DNA from: Candidatus Thorarchaeota archaeon
GTDB lineage: Archaea; Asgardarchaeota; Thorarchaeia; Thorarchaeales; Thorarchaeaceae
Assembly (NCBI GenBank): GCA_030638785.1
Contig: DAOWDY010000212.1
Location: forward strand, 1 to 37,048
DNA: 37,048 nt
Reading direction: 5' to 3'
This document shows positions 1-6,837 of the stretch, piece after piece (the stretch's first letter is position 1; every line of letters starts with the position of its first letter). Under the pieces are notes generated by a model. That model saw only the letters and a program-made list of their open reading frames with translations. It did no database searches and was not told where the DNA came from. Position numbers and translations under genes: made by a program.

Positions 1-61
1 ACTCTAAACGATAGAACAATATCATCACTGAAGGATAAAGGAAATCAGGCTGTGAGAAACA

Positions 62-1597
62 ATGACATACAAACCTATAGTGAAACAAGGTACTATGGTA
101 GCGTATATTGTAATGAGCCTCATGTTCTTGAGCATGGTTGGTGTTATTCAGATCACTCTTCGTACGCCTGTTGACACACCTCTGAAAAGGTTTCTTACTA
201 GCAGTATGTTCCTCCAAGCCGAGTCTCCATCAAGCCTAGATGTTCAAGTAGTATATGATGAAGAATCAGATGCCCTACTTCATTACGGAGGCTGGATCCC
301 CGAGTATGTTTCAGATGGTTATAGTTCTGTTCAAGATTATAGTAATGCAACATGGGTATACAACTTCACTACAGATTCGTGGAGCAATGTACAACCTATT
401 GTAAACCCCGGACCAAGATTTTCCTACGCCGCTGCATATGATTCTGAATACGACCACATCATCATCTATGGGGGGGCAACCTCTGAAGATAACTACAATG
501 GAGATACATGGATGTACGAAATCAATACTAACACCTGGGCAAACATGTCCCCTCTCTCATCACCGGGTTTGAGATTTGGTGCTAGTCTTGTCTATGACTC
601 CGAATCAGATATAATGGTCCTATTTGGAGGTCTTGATTTTCCTGCTCTATTTGGACATCATATACAACAGACTTGGGTATATGACTTCGATACAAACAAA
701 TGGACTAACATGGAACCAGATGTACAACCCATTGGTCGTCACCATACATCAATGGTTTACGATTCTGAATCAGATAGAGTGATTCTCTTTGGGGGTTATG
801 TTTCCAGTGCACCTGACGAGGCCAGCAGTGAAACATGGTCTTATGACTATAACACCAATTCATGGAACGAGATGGATTCTGATTCAAATATTGAGGCCAG
901 ATTCTATGGCGCGATGGCATATGATGCATCCTCAGATCGGTCCATATTATATGGCGGAGCGTGGGACTACTCAAATAACGCAGGTCTTGGTGATACTTGG
1001 GCTTATGACTACAACGCGGATTCATGGGAGAAAATGGAACCCAATCCTCACCCTCCAGAACGATGGCGTCACAGTAGTGCATTTAGATCTGAAACCGATG
1101 AGATCATTGTAGTTAGCGGAAGTTTTGGGGATATCGAAGGGGGAGAGAAGAAAGCTGATTCGATGTGGACCTATGATTATGAAAATGACCGATGGTCCAA
1201 TTTAGATGGGAACTTTGTTCCCGCACTCCCAGGAGCCCCTGAGAACCCGATTGTTATGATATATGATGGTGTTGTTTACCTCACTTGGGAACCTCCATCG
1301 AATGAAACAGGCCAAGATATCACAGGATACAATATCTATCGAGGGACTGAGTCAGGTGACCTTCAGTTGTTTTCTAGCCTTGGATCAGTTCTATTTTTCC
1401 AAGATATTAGTATGACACCGGGTACAACTTACTACTATCAGATAACAGCTGTGACCCCAGCTGGAGAAGGAATCCCCTCGGTAACGTTCTCTGCAGGTTT
1501 GCCTGCTTCAGTTCCAATTCTTGAAATCTCAATTGGGGTTGGAGTTATTCTGTTGGTTAGTATTTGTTTCTTCTATAGAAGAAAGAAACAAACCTGA
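62..1597 (+). CDS. Kelch-repeat beta-propeller surface protein with fibronectin type III domain, N-terminal signal anchor and C-terminal TM anchor
   Basis: 511-aa ORF. Repeated blade pattern (V/A)YDSESD-x-(I/V)-x-(L/Y)(F/Y)GG ... (D/E)TW-x-YD ... W-x-x-M. FN3-like segment LTWEPP...GYNIYRG...TYYYQITAV. Hydrophobic N-terminus (VAYIVMSLMFLSMVGVI) and a C-terminal hydrophobic helix followed by RRKKQT. Several N-x-S/T sequons. Confidence 0.85.
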   Translation: MTYKPIVKQGTMVAYIVMSLMFLSMVGVIQITLRTPVDTPLKRFLTSSMFLQAESPSSLDVQVVYDEESDALLHYGGWIPEYVSDGYSSVQDYSNATWVYNFTTDSWSNVQPIVNPGPRFSYAAAYDSEYDHIIIYGGATSEDNYNGDTWMYEINTNTWANMSPLSSPGLRFGASLVYDSESDIMVLFGGLDFPALFGHHIQQTWVYDFDTNKWTNMEPDVQPIGRHHTSMVYDSESDRVILFGGYVSSAPDEASSETWSYDYNTNSWNEMDSDSNIEARFYGAMAYDASSDRSILYGGAWDYSNNAGLGDTWAYDYNADSWEKMEPNPHPPERWRHSSAFRSETDEIIVVSGSFGDIEGGEKKADSMWTYDYENDRWSNLDGNFVPALPGAPENPIVMIYDGVVYLTWEPPSNETGQDITGYNIYRGTESGDLQLFSSLGSVLFFQDISMTPGTTYYYQITAVTPAGEGIPSVTFSAGLPASVPILEISIGVGVILLVSICFFYRRKKQT

Positions 1598-1688
1598 ATT
1601 TGCCTGAAAGATTTCTTGAACATCATGGAGAGGATTAATCCTATCACCAAGATGTAATCTAGATTGCGATGAAAATTCGTGAAATAAC

Positions 1689-2879
1689 TCAGATAATTAG
1701 TGTAGAGAGGTCTCGAGGATACTTTGTTAGAATATCTATGCCATCCTCTATTACAACAAATGTATCACTGTGACGGAATCCACCAAGCCCCTGTTCGTAG
1801 ATTCCTGGTTCACATGAGAAAATCATTCCAACCTCAAGGACATCTTTAGAGCCTATGTCAAGGAAGGGACGCTCATGTCCCTCCATACCAAGTGCATGAC
1901 CTGTATGGTGTCTGACCAAATGAAAGACTCCTGCCTCCTTGAAGGAATTTCGAGCGGCTCTATCTACTTCAGCGCAATTGACCCCTGGACCAGCGGTAGC
2001 AAGTGCAGCATCCTGTGCGGCCATCATCGCGTTGAAGAGCTCTTCTTGCCGATCAGTTGGTTCACCCATGAACATGGTTCGCTCTAATTCTGATTGTACT
2101 CCATAGACATTGGATGAAGCACCCGTAACGAGAGTATCTCCCTTTTTGAATACAAGACCCTTTGAGAGTGCGTGAGGAAAGTATGAGTTAGGTCCAATCT
2201 GACCTCGATAAACAGCAATTGCAGGAAATAGCGAGAATCCAATGGGGCGGTATCCATCGTCTAACTCTTGCATCATGTCAGCGGATCCCTGTGTGCTGGC
2301 TCTGAGAGTCACGTCAATCTCATTGGCACCAACCTCTGTATATTCTTGGAGGTATTTGTGTGCACAGTCTGCCCATTTGGAAGACTCAACCATCAGCTCG
2401 ATCTCCTCAGGATCTTTGATGACCCGCATATCCATTATGATGTCGGGTAGGAGTTTAAACTTGAATCCAGTAGCTTCCTCAAAGGAAGGCCCTTTGTACC
2501 CCCAATATCCTGACGCTCCGGGTGCTTCTGAGGCAATGCGATTTATTGTGATTCCAATCTCATCCAGTAATACTTTAGCCAGATGTTTCATCGGGTGCTT
2601 CTCGTCGGGATATTCAAAGTAAGAGAAGATTTGTGAAACGAAAGGTACCTGATGCTCTACATGATCAATCTCAAGAGATGGCACGAAGAAATTTGTGTCT
2701 CCTTTGTGTAGAAGAAGAAAGATAGGTCTCTCAGTGGGTATGAAATTAAGTCCTGTGAGATAGAAGATATTCTTTGAATTCAGCACCAAGAAAGTATCAA
2801 TACCTAACTCATCAAGTTGTAACTTGAGTCGCTCAATTCTTTTCTTGTGATGAGTCGGAGTCAGGAATGTTCGACGCAT
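1689..2879 (-). CDS. M24-family (creatinase/prolidase fold) hydrolase, Xaa-Pro peptidase-like
   Basis: 396-aa ORF with HHTGHALGMEGHERP, CEPGIY and GGFRHSDT motifs typical of the pita-bread fold, plus an N-terminal creatinase/prolidase-like domain. GAGGAG Shine-Dalgarno ~9 nt upstream of the ATG. Confidence 0.85.
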   Translation of the reverse strand: MRRTFLTPTHHKKRIERLKLQLDELGIDTFLVLNSKNIFYLTGLNFIPTERPIFLLLHKGDTNFFVPSLEIDHVEHQVPFVSQIFSYFEYPDEKHPMKHLAKVLLDEIGITINRIASEAPGASGYWGYKGPSFEEATGFKFKLLPDIIMDMRVIKDPEEIELMVESSKWADCAHKYLQEYTEVGANEIDVTLRASTQGSADMMQELDDGYRPIGFSLFPAIAVYRGQIGPNSYFPHALSKGLVFKKGDTLVTGASSNVYGVQSELERTMFMGEPTDRQEELFNAMMAAQDAALATAGPGVNCAEVDRAARNSFKEAGVFHLVRHHTGHALGMEGHERPFLDIGSKDVLEVGMIFSCEPGIYEQGLGGFRHSDTFVVIEDGIDILTKYPRDLSTLII

Positions 2880-2950
2880 GTTTGTGAGTCTCCTCTAACT
2901 CGGATATGACACAGTGGTCAATAAAAATTCCCTGCCAATTGAAGTGCTGT

Positions 2951-2985
2951 CGAAAAAGAAGAATGAAGGGCGCTCTAGAGCGCCC
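2951..2985 (-). terminator. Terminator-like GC hairpin plus T-rich run downstream of ssb
   Basis: Perfect 18-bp palindrome GGGCGCTCTAGAGCGCCC (2968-2985), 28 nt after the ssb stop. On the minus strand it is followed by TTCATTCTTCTTTTTCG. Confidence 0.5.
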
Positions 2986-3013
2986 AACTCAGATGAATTG
3001 ACTATATACTAGT

Positions 3014-3460
3014 TTAGTATCTGCGATCTCTCCCGCCGCCACGGTCTCTATCGCCGCCGTAACCACCGCCACCACGACGTCGAGTATCCTCATGCTCCTC
3101 GACGCTCATGTCGACCTCCATATTGATGTCTTCAATGGCTTCCTCGGAATCGCTTAGCTCGCCGTACTTGCCAATGTTGAGTCGAAGGTTGTTTTTGAAC
3201 AACCCAGTATATCCATTCTTCAATACGTAGGTTGACCCTGGTGTCATATTGTCAATACTATCGTCCCACAGGGGAACAGTAACTATCCCAGTTGAATCGC
3301 CAACAATCGCATCTGCCACGCGGTGTGTAGTCATATCCCTACGGGATGAAACCTCGCGTGCTTCACCAATCTCTACCACCTTAAATGTGATAGTGATATT
3401 CTTCATTCGTGGCTTTAGTTCTGCCACATTAGCCTCGATAGGCTCTTTGTCGTAACTCAT
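3014..3460 (-). CDS. ssb: Single-OB-fold ssDNA-binding protein (Sulfolobus-type SSB) with acidic linker and C-terminal RGG tail
   Basis: LKPRMKNITITFKVVEIGEAREV...AIVGDSTGIVTVPLWDD...NGYTGLFKNNLRLNIGKYG matches the crenarchaeal SSB OB pattern. The tail is RRRGGGGYGGDRDRGGGRDRRY. I chose the ATG at 3460 (MSYDKEP) because GTGAT precedes it; the ORF is open up to 3493. Confidence 0.85.
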   Translation of the reverse strand: MSYDKEPIEANVAELKPRMKNITITFKVVEIGEAREVSSRRDMTTHRVADAIVGDSTGIVTVPLWDDSIDNMTPGSTYVLKNGYTGLFKNNLRLNIGKYGELSDSEEAIEDINMEVDMSVEEHEDTRRRGGGGYGGDRDRGGGRDRRY

Positions 3461-3530
3461 TGAAATCACTCGTGTATACGAATTACAGGTCACTCAAAAC
3501 TAGGGGTGCTTCTTTGGAAATGCGATTTTT

Positions 3531-3584
3531 GGTTTACCAATCACGAAACTCCGGTGTAGAAGGTACCTTTTGATTGGGGAAACC
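3531..3584. promoter_or_regulatory. Imperfect long inverted repeat in the divergent ssb/LRR intergenic region
   Basis: GGTTTACCAATCA (3531-3543) and TGATTGGGGAAACC (3571-3584). Arms CCAATCA/TGATTGG and GGTTT/AAACC pair across one bulge. Confidence 0.2.
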
Positions 3585-3720
3585 TGCACGCTTGTGTCGC
3601 GAATGTTTCTTTATTAGCTTGTTCATCTTGAGATTGCTTACTCTCTATAGGTGCTCTTAAGCATCAATTCGCAACATATCTTTGGACCATTTGGTTCTGA
3701 GGACATTGGGAGTTGTGCAC

Positions 3721-4932
3721 ATGAGTATGGTTTCCATCGTGAGATATGGTACGAGAGCCGGACCTGACAATCAGAAGATTCTTCGGATAACTACTAACTT
3801 GATTGTGATGAAAAATCATGGAGTGACCTCAGTAGATTTGTCGGGAATAACTAATATGGAAAACCTTCAGAGATTAGATATTGCTGGAAATCGATTAGAA
3901 CAGATTGATCTTGCCCCTATCGCGGAATGCGAGCAACTACGCTATCTTGACCTAAGCGGAAATCGACTTGAGAATATCGATTTGGCTCCAATTGAAGAGT
4001 GTAGACATCTTGAGCGGTTGGATCTTGCTTACAATAAACTGAAGACAATAGACATCACTCCATTGCATAATTGTAGTAATCTGAAGAATCTTTACTTGCA
4101 TGGCAATAGTATAGGGCGGATTGATGCAACGGTTCTGCTAAACTGTCCGAATATTGAACAAATCACCCTAGGATATGGAGGAAAGATTCTGGTTGGCCAT
4201 CTAGTTGCAGATGAGAAGGGTATGAAGTACTTCAGCGACCAACTACTCCAATACGCTCTCACGCAGAAGAAACCGTCATGGTTGAAACATGAAAAGATGG
4301 GACCGCTTCCAGCGACTAAGAATTATTCATGGCTTGTTAAGAAATTTGGATGGATGCAGAACAAGGCTTGGATGACCAATATCGGAAAGGCCCTTGGAGA
4401 GGATCATGGCTATCCTCTGCAACGAATTCTGTTGGAGAGTCTTGGGATGCCAGAACTTGCCTGCTATGATGGTGAATTCTTAGATATCATCCAGTTGCTT
4501 CCAGACAAGGGTTCTTACAAGAAAGGAGTGGACATACTAAGAATCCGAATGCTTGAAGTGCTAATCAAACAATTAGAGAATAACGGGAGTACGCTCTTCT
4601 TTGATATAGATGCACTTAGCATACGTGACGCAAGTGTTCTCATACCGCTAATTCTTAAACGAAGGAAGAAGGAACTTGAGCGAATCCGATTGTTCAGTGT
4701 CGGTAAATCTGTAGACCTAACACCCCTGTGGAAAACTGGTTATGGTTTTGAGATTCTCAAAGCAATGAATCTGAGAAGATCAATCGCTGGAAAAGATTTT
4801 CCAAAGGTGAAGAAAGCGTTTGCACAAGTTGGAGTGAAGTTATCTCTCACACAAGATCCACAAAAGATAGAGAAGAATAAGGTTCCACTACTTTCGCAGA
4901 CGATGGAGAAATTTGTAATTCCTTCTTCCTAA
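3721..4932 (+). CDS. Leucine-rich-repeat protein with uncharacterised C-terminal domain
   Basis: At least five ~22-aa LRRs (LQRLDIAGNRLEQIDLAPIAECEQ / LRYLDLSGNRLENIDLAPIEECRH / LERLDLAYNKLKTIDITPLHNCSN / LKNLYLHGNSIGRIDATVLLNCPN). About 250 aa follow with no motif I recognise. The start is uncertain: ATG 3721 is chosen, and the ORF is open from 3682. Confidence 0.75.
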   Translation: MSMVSIVRYGTRAGPDNQKILRITTNLIVMKNHGVTSVDLSGITNMENLQRLDIAGNRLEQIDLAPIAECEQLRYLDLSGNRLENIDLAPIEECRHLERLDLAYNKLKTIDITPLHNCSNLKNLYLHGNSIGRIDATVLLNCPNIEQITLGYGGKILVGHLVADEKGMKYFSDQLLQYALTQKKPSWLKHEKMGPLPATKNYSWLVKKFGWMQNKAWMTNIGKALGEDHGYPLQRILLESLGMPELACYDGEFLDIIQLLPDKGSYKKGVDILRIRMLEVLIKQLENNGSTLFFDIDALSIRDASVLIPLILKRRKKELERIRLFSVGKSVDLTPLWKTGYGFEILKAMNLRRSIAGKDFPKVKKAFAQVGVKLSLTQDPQKIEKNKVPLLSQTMEKFVIPSS

Positions 4933-5384
4933 ATCTGTTTCATGAAACAGGGAGCATCTGGGCAGAGAGTCGTAAACTCAATACTCTGTAGAAGATCTTC
5001 AGGGACTCTTTCTCGAGGTATCAGACTAAAGCCCCGCCTTTTGAAAAACTCTTCAGCGGTGTCGGTAAGCAGGTAGAGAGTTTCAATACCCTTTCTCTTT
5101 GCACTACCTGTGGCTAAATCAACAAGACGAGATCCTAACCCTTTCTTCTGCATATCTGGATGAACTGCAAGTGATCGAAGAAGCGCGGAACTTCTATAGA
5201 CTTCTAACCCAACGCAACCAATGATGATCTCTGGACCTGAAACAACCTCCTGACTCTTGACCACGATGAAGTTGTCCACATGGGGTTCAATACCCTCGGA
5301 AGGTAGATTGGTTTCCTGCAAAAGAACACGAATCGCAGGTAAGTCATCCTCACGTGCTTGGTTAACAAGTAAATCCTCAATCAT
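4929..5384 (-). CDS. GNAT-family N-acetyltransferase (ArsN2/ArgA-like small type)
   Basis: 151 aa with acetyl-CoA motif LRSLAVHPDMQKKGLGSRLV and C-terminal FFKRRGF. Its 3' end overlaps the LRR gene stop by 4 nt (convergent). Confidence 0.8.
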   Translation of the reverse strand: MIEDLLVNQAREDDLPAIRVLLQETNLPSEGIEPHVDNFIVVKSQEVVSGPEIIIGCVGLEVYRSSALLRSLAVHPDMQKKGLGSRLVDLATGSAKRKGIETLYLLTDTAEEFFKRRGFSLIPRERVPEDLLQSIEFTTLCPDAPCFMKQI

Positions 5385-5573
5385 TCACTCAACCTCTTTC
5401 CCAAATTAATAACTTCGTACCTCAAAAAGCCTCGCACTCCCATCCCCTAAGAGAGTCCACTTTGTAAACCACTCGTTTTCGGTTCGAATTATTATGAAAA
5501 TCCAATATGGAAGTATCGTGGTATACAGACATCCGGAAACGGATTCAGAAAGTGCTATTTCGTAGCTCTTTGC

Positions 5574-5590
5574 TTAACACGTGTTTATAC
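5574..5590 (+). promoter_or_regulatory. Conserved TATA-like box (copy 1)
   Basis: TTAACACGTGTTTATAC. The same block occurs at 6294-6310, and a related CTAACGCGATTCTATATTC at 25501-25519, each upstream of a paralogous small ORF. Confidence 0.35.
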
Positions 5591-5737
5591 CATAGTGTTC
5601 TATAGTATTTCTATCTCCTGTATTAGCAATATCTTGAGAATCGACTCTCATTGAGAGATTCCATGATCGTAACCTCCTAGATTCTTGGTCTAGGAGTTTA
5701 TGCGTGATTAGGAGACTAACCAAAAAGTGGTGATTTG

Positions 5738-6001
5738 ATGAGAAAGATGAAAACCCGTGTTCTTGCAATGAGTATTGGTCTATGTTTCACTCTATCTCTT
5801 CTCTCAGTGGGAGCATTTTACTTGGCAGCTTCCAGTGGTTTTACTGGATTTAGCCTTGAAAACACTTTCACAGTGAGCAGTGATGTACCTCCGGAAGATG
5901 TTCCACCTATTGACGAACAGGTGAAACCGGAACCTGTGAAAAACGGAACAGGCGTATATGTTATGCCTAATAAAACACATTGCTCATATTCTTTGGATTG
6001 A
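5738..6001 (+). CDS. Small membrane-anchored acidic/proline-rich protein (paralog P1)
   Basis: 87 aa: MRKMKTRVLAMSIGLCFTLSLLSVGAFYL then ...SSDVPPEDVPPIDEQVKPEP. GGTGAT Shine-Dalgarno 4 nt before the ATG. The N-terminal ~28 aa are conserved in P2 and P3. Confidence 0.6.
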   Translation: MRKMKTRVLAMSIGLCFTLSLLSVGAFYLAASSGFTGFSLENTFTVSSDVPPEDVPPIDEQVKPEPVKNGTGVYVMPNKTHCSYSLD

Positions 6002-6040
6002 TTGTGATCTTTCACCGGTCATATTCAATTCACTCCTAAG

Positions 6041-6120
6041 CTTGACGTTGCTCTATCGTATTCTCACTATCTTCGACCGGGGTTCTCTGATTATATCGAC
6101 AGCCCATGAGTAACGTCAAG
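6041..6120 (+). promoter_or_regulatory. Long-range hairpin downstream of P1
   Basis: CTTGACGTT (6041-6049) and AACGTCAAG (6112-6120) are exact reverse complements. The position matches the hairpins after P2 and P3. Confidence 0.35.
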
Positions 6121-6293
6121 TATCCCGGAATCATCTGCAAAGAGAAGATATTCCATTCGTTGGTTCACTGAATAGATTGGTTTCTCTGGTGACAGTTTTT
6201 TGGTACTAATTTGAAAACACTCCATTTTGGAAGCATGATGGTATACAGATTACCAGAAAATAGCATCAAACTTGCAAATCCGAAACCTCTCAT

Positions 6294-6310
6294 TTAACGC
6301 GTGTTTATAC
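6294..6310 (+). promoter_or_regulatory. Conserved TATA-like box (copy 2)
   Basis: TTAACGCGTGTTTATAC, 720 nt downstream of copy 1. Confidence 0.35.
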
Positions 6311-6457
6311 TAAAGTAATACGATAGTATTACCTGTCTCCTATTAGCGGTTTCATGAGGATTGGCTCTCAAAGGTTGATCCTAATGTCATCGCCTCCTGG
6401 ACCCCCGTTCTTGGAGTCAATGCGTGATTGGGAGATCATCCAACTGGACGTGATTTA

Positions 6458-6685
6458 ATGAGAGAGAGGAAAACTCGTATACTCGCAGTGAGTATCAGTC
6501 TTTGCTTCGTTCTAGCCCTTGTTTCTGTTGGAGCTCTCTACATGGTTGGCTTCGCTGCAAGTAGTGAAGTACCTCCAGAGGATATCAGTCCTCCTGAGGA
6601 ACCAGTAGAGTATTTTGAGGACATCATTCCTGATGACTTCATTCTAGAAATATGGGATGGATATCGTACTGATGCTCCACATTGA
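6458..6685 (+). CDS. Small membrane-anchored acidic/proline-rich protein (paralog P2)
   Basis: 75 aa: MRERKTRILAVSISLCFVLALVSVGALYM then ...SSEVPPEDISPPEEPVEYFEDIIPDDF. The ATG is preceded by GTGATTTA, as in P1. Confidence 0.6.
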   Translation: MRERKTRILAVSISLCFVLALVSVGALYMVGFAASSEVPPEDISPPEEPVEYFEDIIPDDFILEIWDGYRTDAPH

Positions 6686-6710
6686 TAGTGACTCTTCACC
6701 GGTCACACCC

Positions 6711-6793
6711 GCCTAGCATCGATCCCCTGTGTACCCCCTGGTCCAAGACCATCGGTCTGGGACTACCTCCACAGCCCTGGAGAGATGCTAGGC
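6711..6793 (+). promoter_or_regulatory. GC-rich hairpin between P2 and the tandem-Lrp gene (terminator/attenuator candidate)
   Basis: GCCTAGCATC (6711-6720) and GATGCTAGGC (6784-6793) are exact reverse complements. There is an inner hairpin AGACC-ATC-GGTCT (6747-6759). The segment looks GC-rich relative to its surroundings. Confidence 0.4.
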
Positions 6794-6837
6794 ACCAACC
6801 TCTCACCCATTGAACCACGATTCATCAATTAGGTGCA

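Larger units (their letters stand above)
5500..6710 (+). repeat. Tandem duplication (period 720 bp at the start codons) of a small-ORF cassette including its upstream non-coding region
   Basis: 5509-5529 aligns with 6229-6249 (GGAAG.AT..TGGTATACAGA) and 5574-5590 with 6294-6310 (TTAAC.CGTGTTTATAC). Also shared: TGCGTGATT.GGAGA and GTGATTT.ATGAGA.AG..GAAAAC.CGT. The ATGs at 5738 and 6458 are exactly 720 nt apart. The post-stop box TGAT.GTGA.TCTTCACCGGTCA is shared at 5999-6021 and 6683-6705. Confidence 0.85.

Noticed and set aside
470-476. G7 homopolymer inside the Kelch gene as a possible phase-variation slippage site
   Set aside because: It encodes the conserved YGG of a Kelch blade, the frame is intact, and there is no evidence of variation from a single sequence.
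705-1112. ORFs 705-1082 (minus strand) and 789-1112 (plus strand) inside the Kelch gene
   Set aside because: These are alternative-frame and antisense shadows of a repetitive coding region. Their translations are low-complexity with no motifs, whereas the 62-1597 frame carries clear Kelch and FN3 signatures.
1631-1642. Palindrome AGGATTAATCCT between the convergent Kelch and M24 genes as a terminator
   Set aside because: It is a perfect palindrome with no room for a loop (5-bp arms, 2-nt centre) and has no T-tract. That is too weak to call.
5474-5492. tRNA-like T-arm motif GGTTCGAAT
   Set aside because: I could not build a matching acceptor stem, D-arm or anticodon arm in the flanks. It is an isolated motif only.
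5574-5768. 64-aa minus-strand ORF overlapping the conserved leader of P1
   Set aside because: The equivalent position in the duplicated copy (about 6294-6488) has no comparable open frame, so the conservation is not protein-coding on that strand.
5738-5830. Small peptides as type IV pilin/archaellin-like proteins (class III signal peptides)
   Set aside because: The basic N-terminus runs straight into the hydrophobic segment (KTR-VLA...) without the (K/R)-(G/A) prepilin-peptidase cleavage motif.
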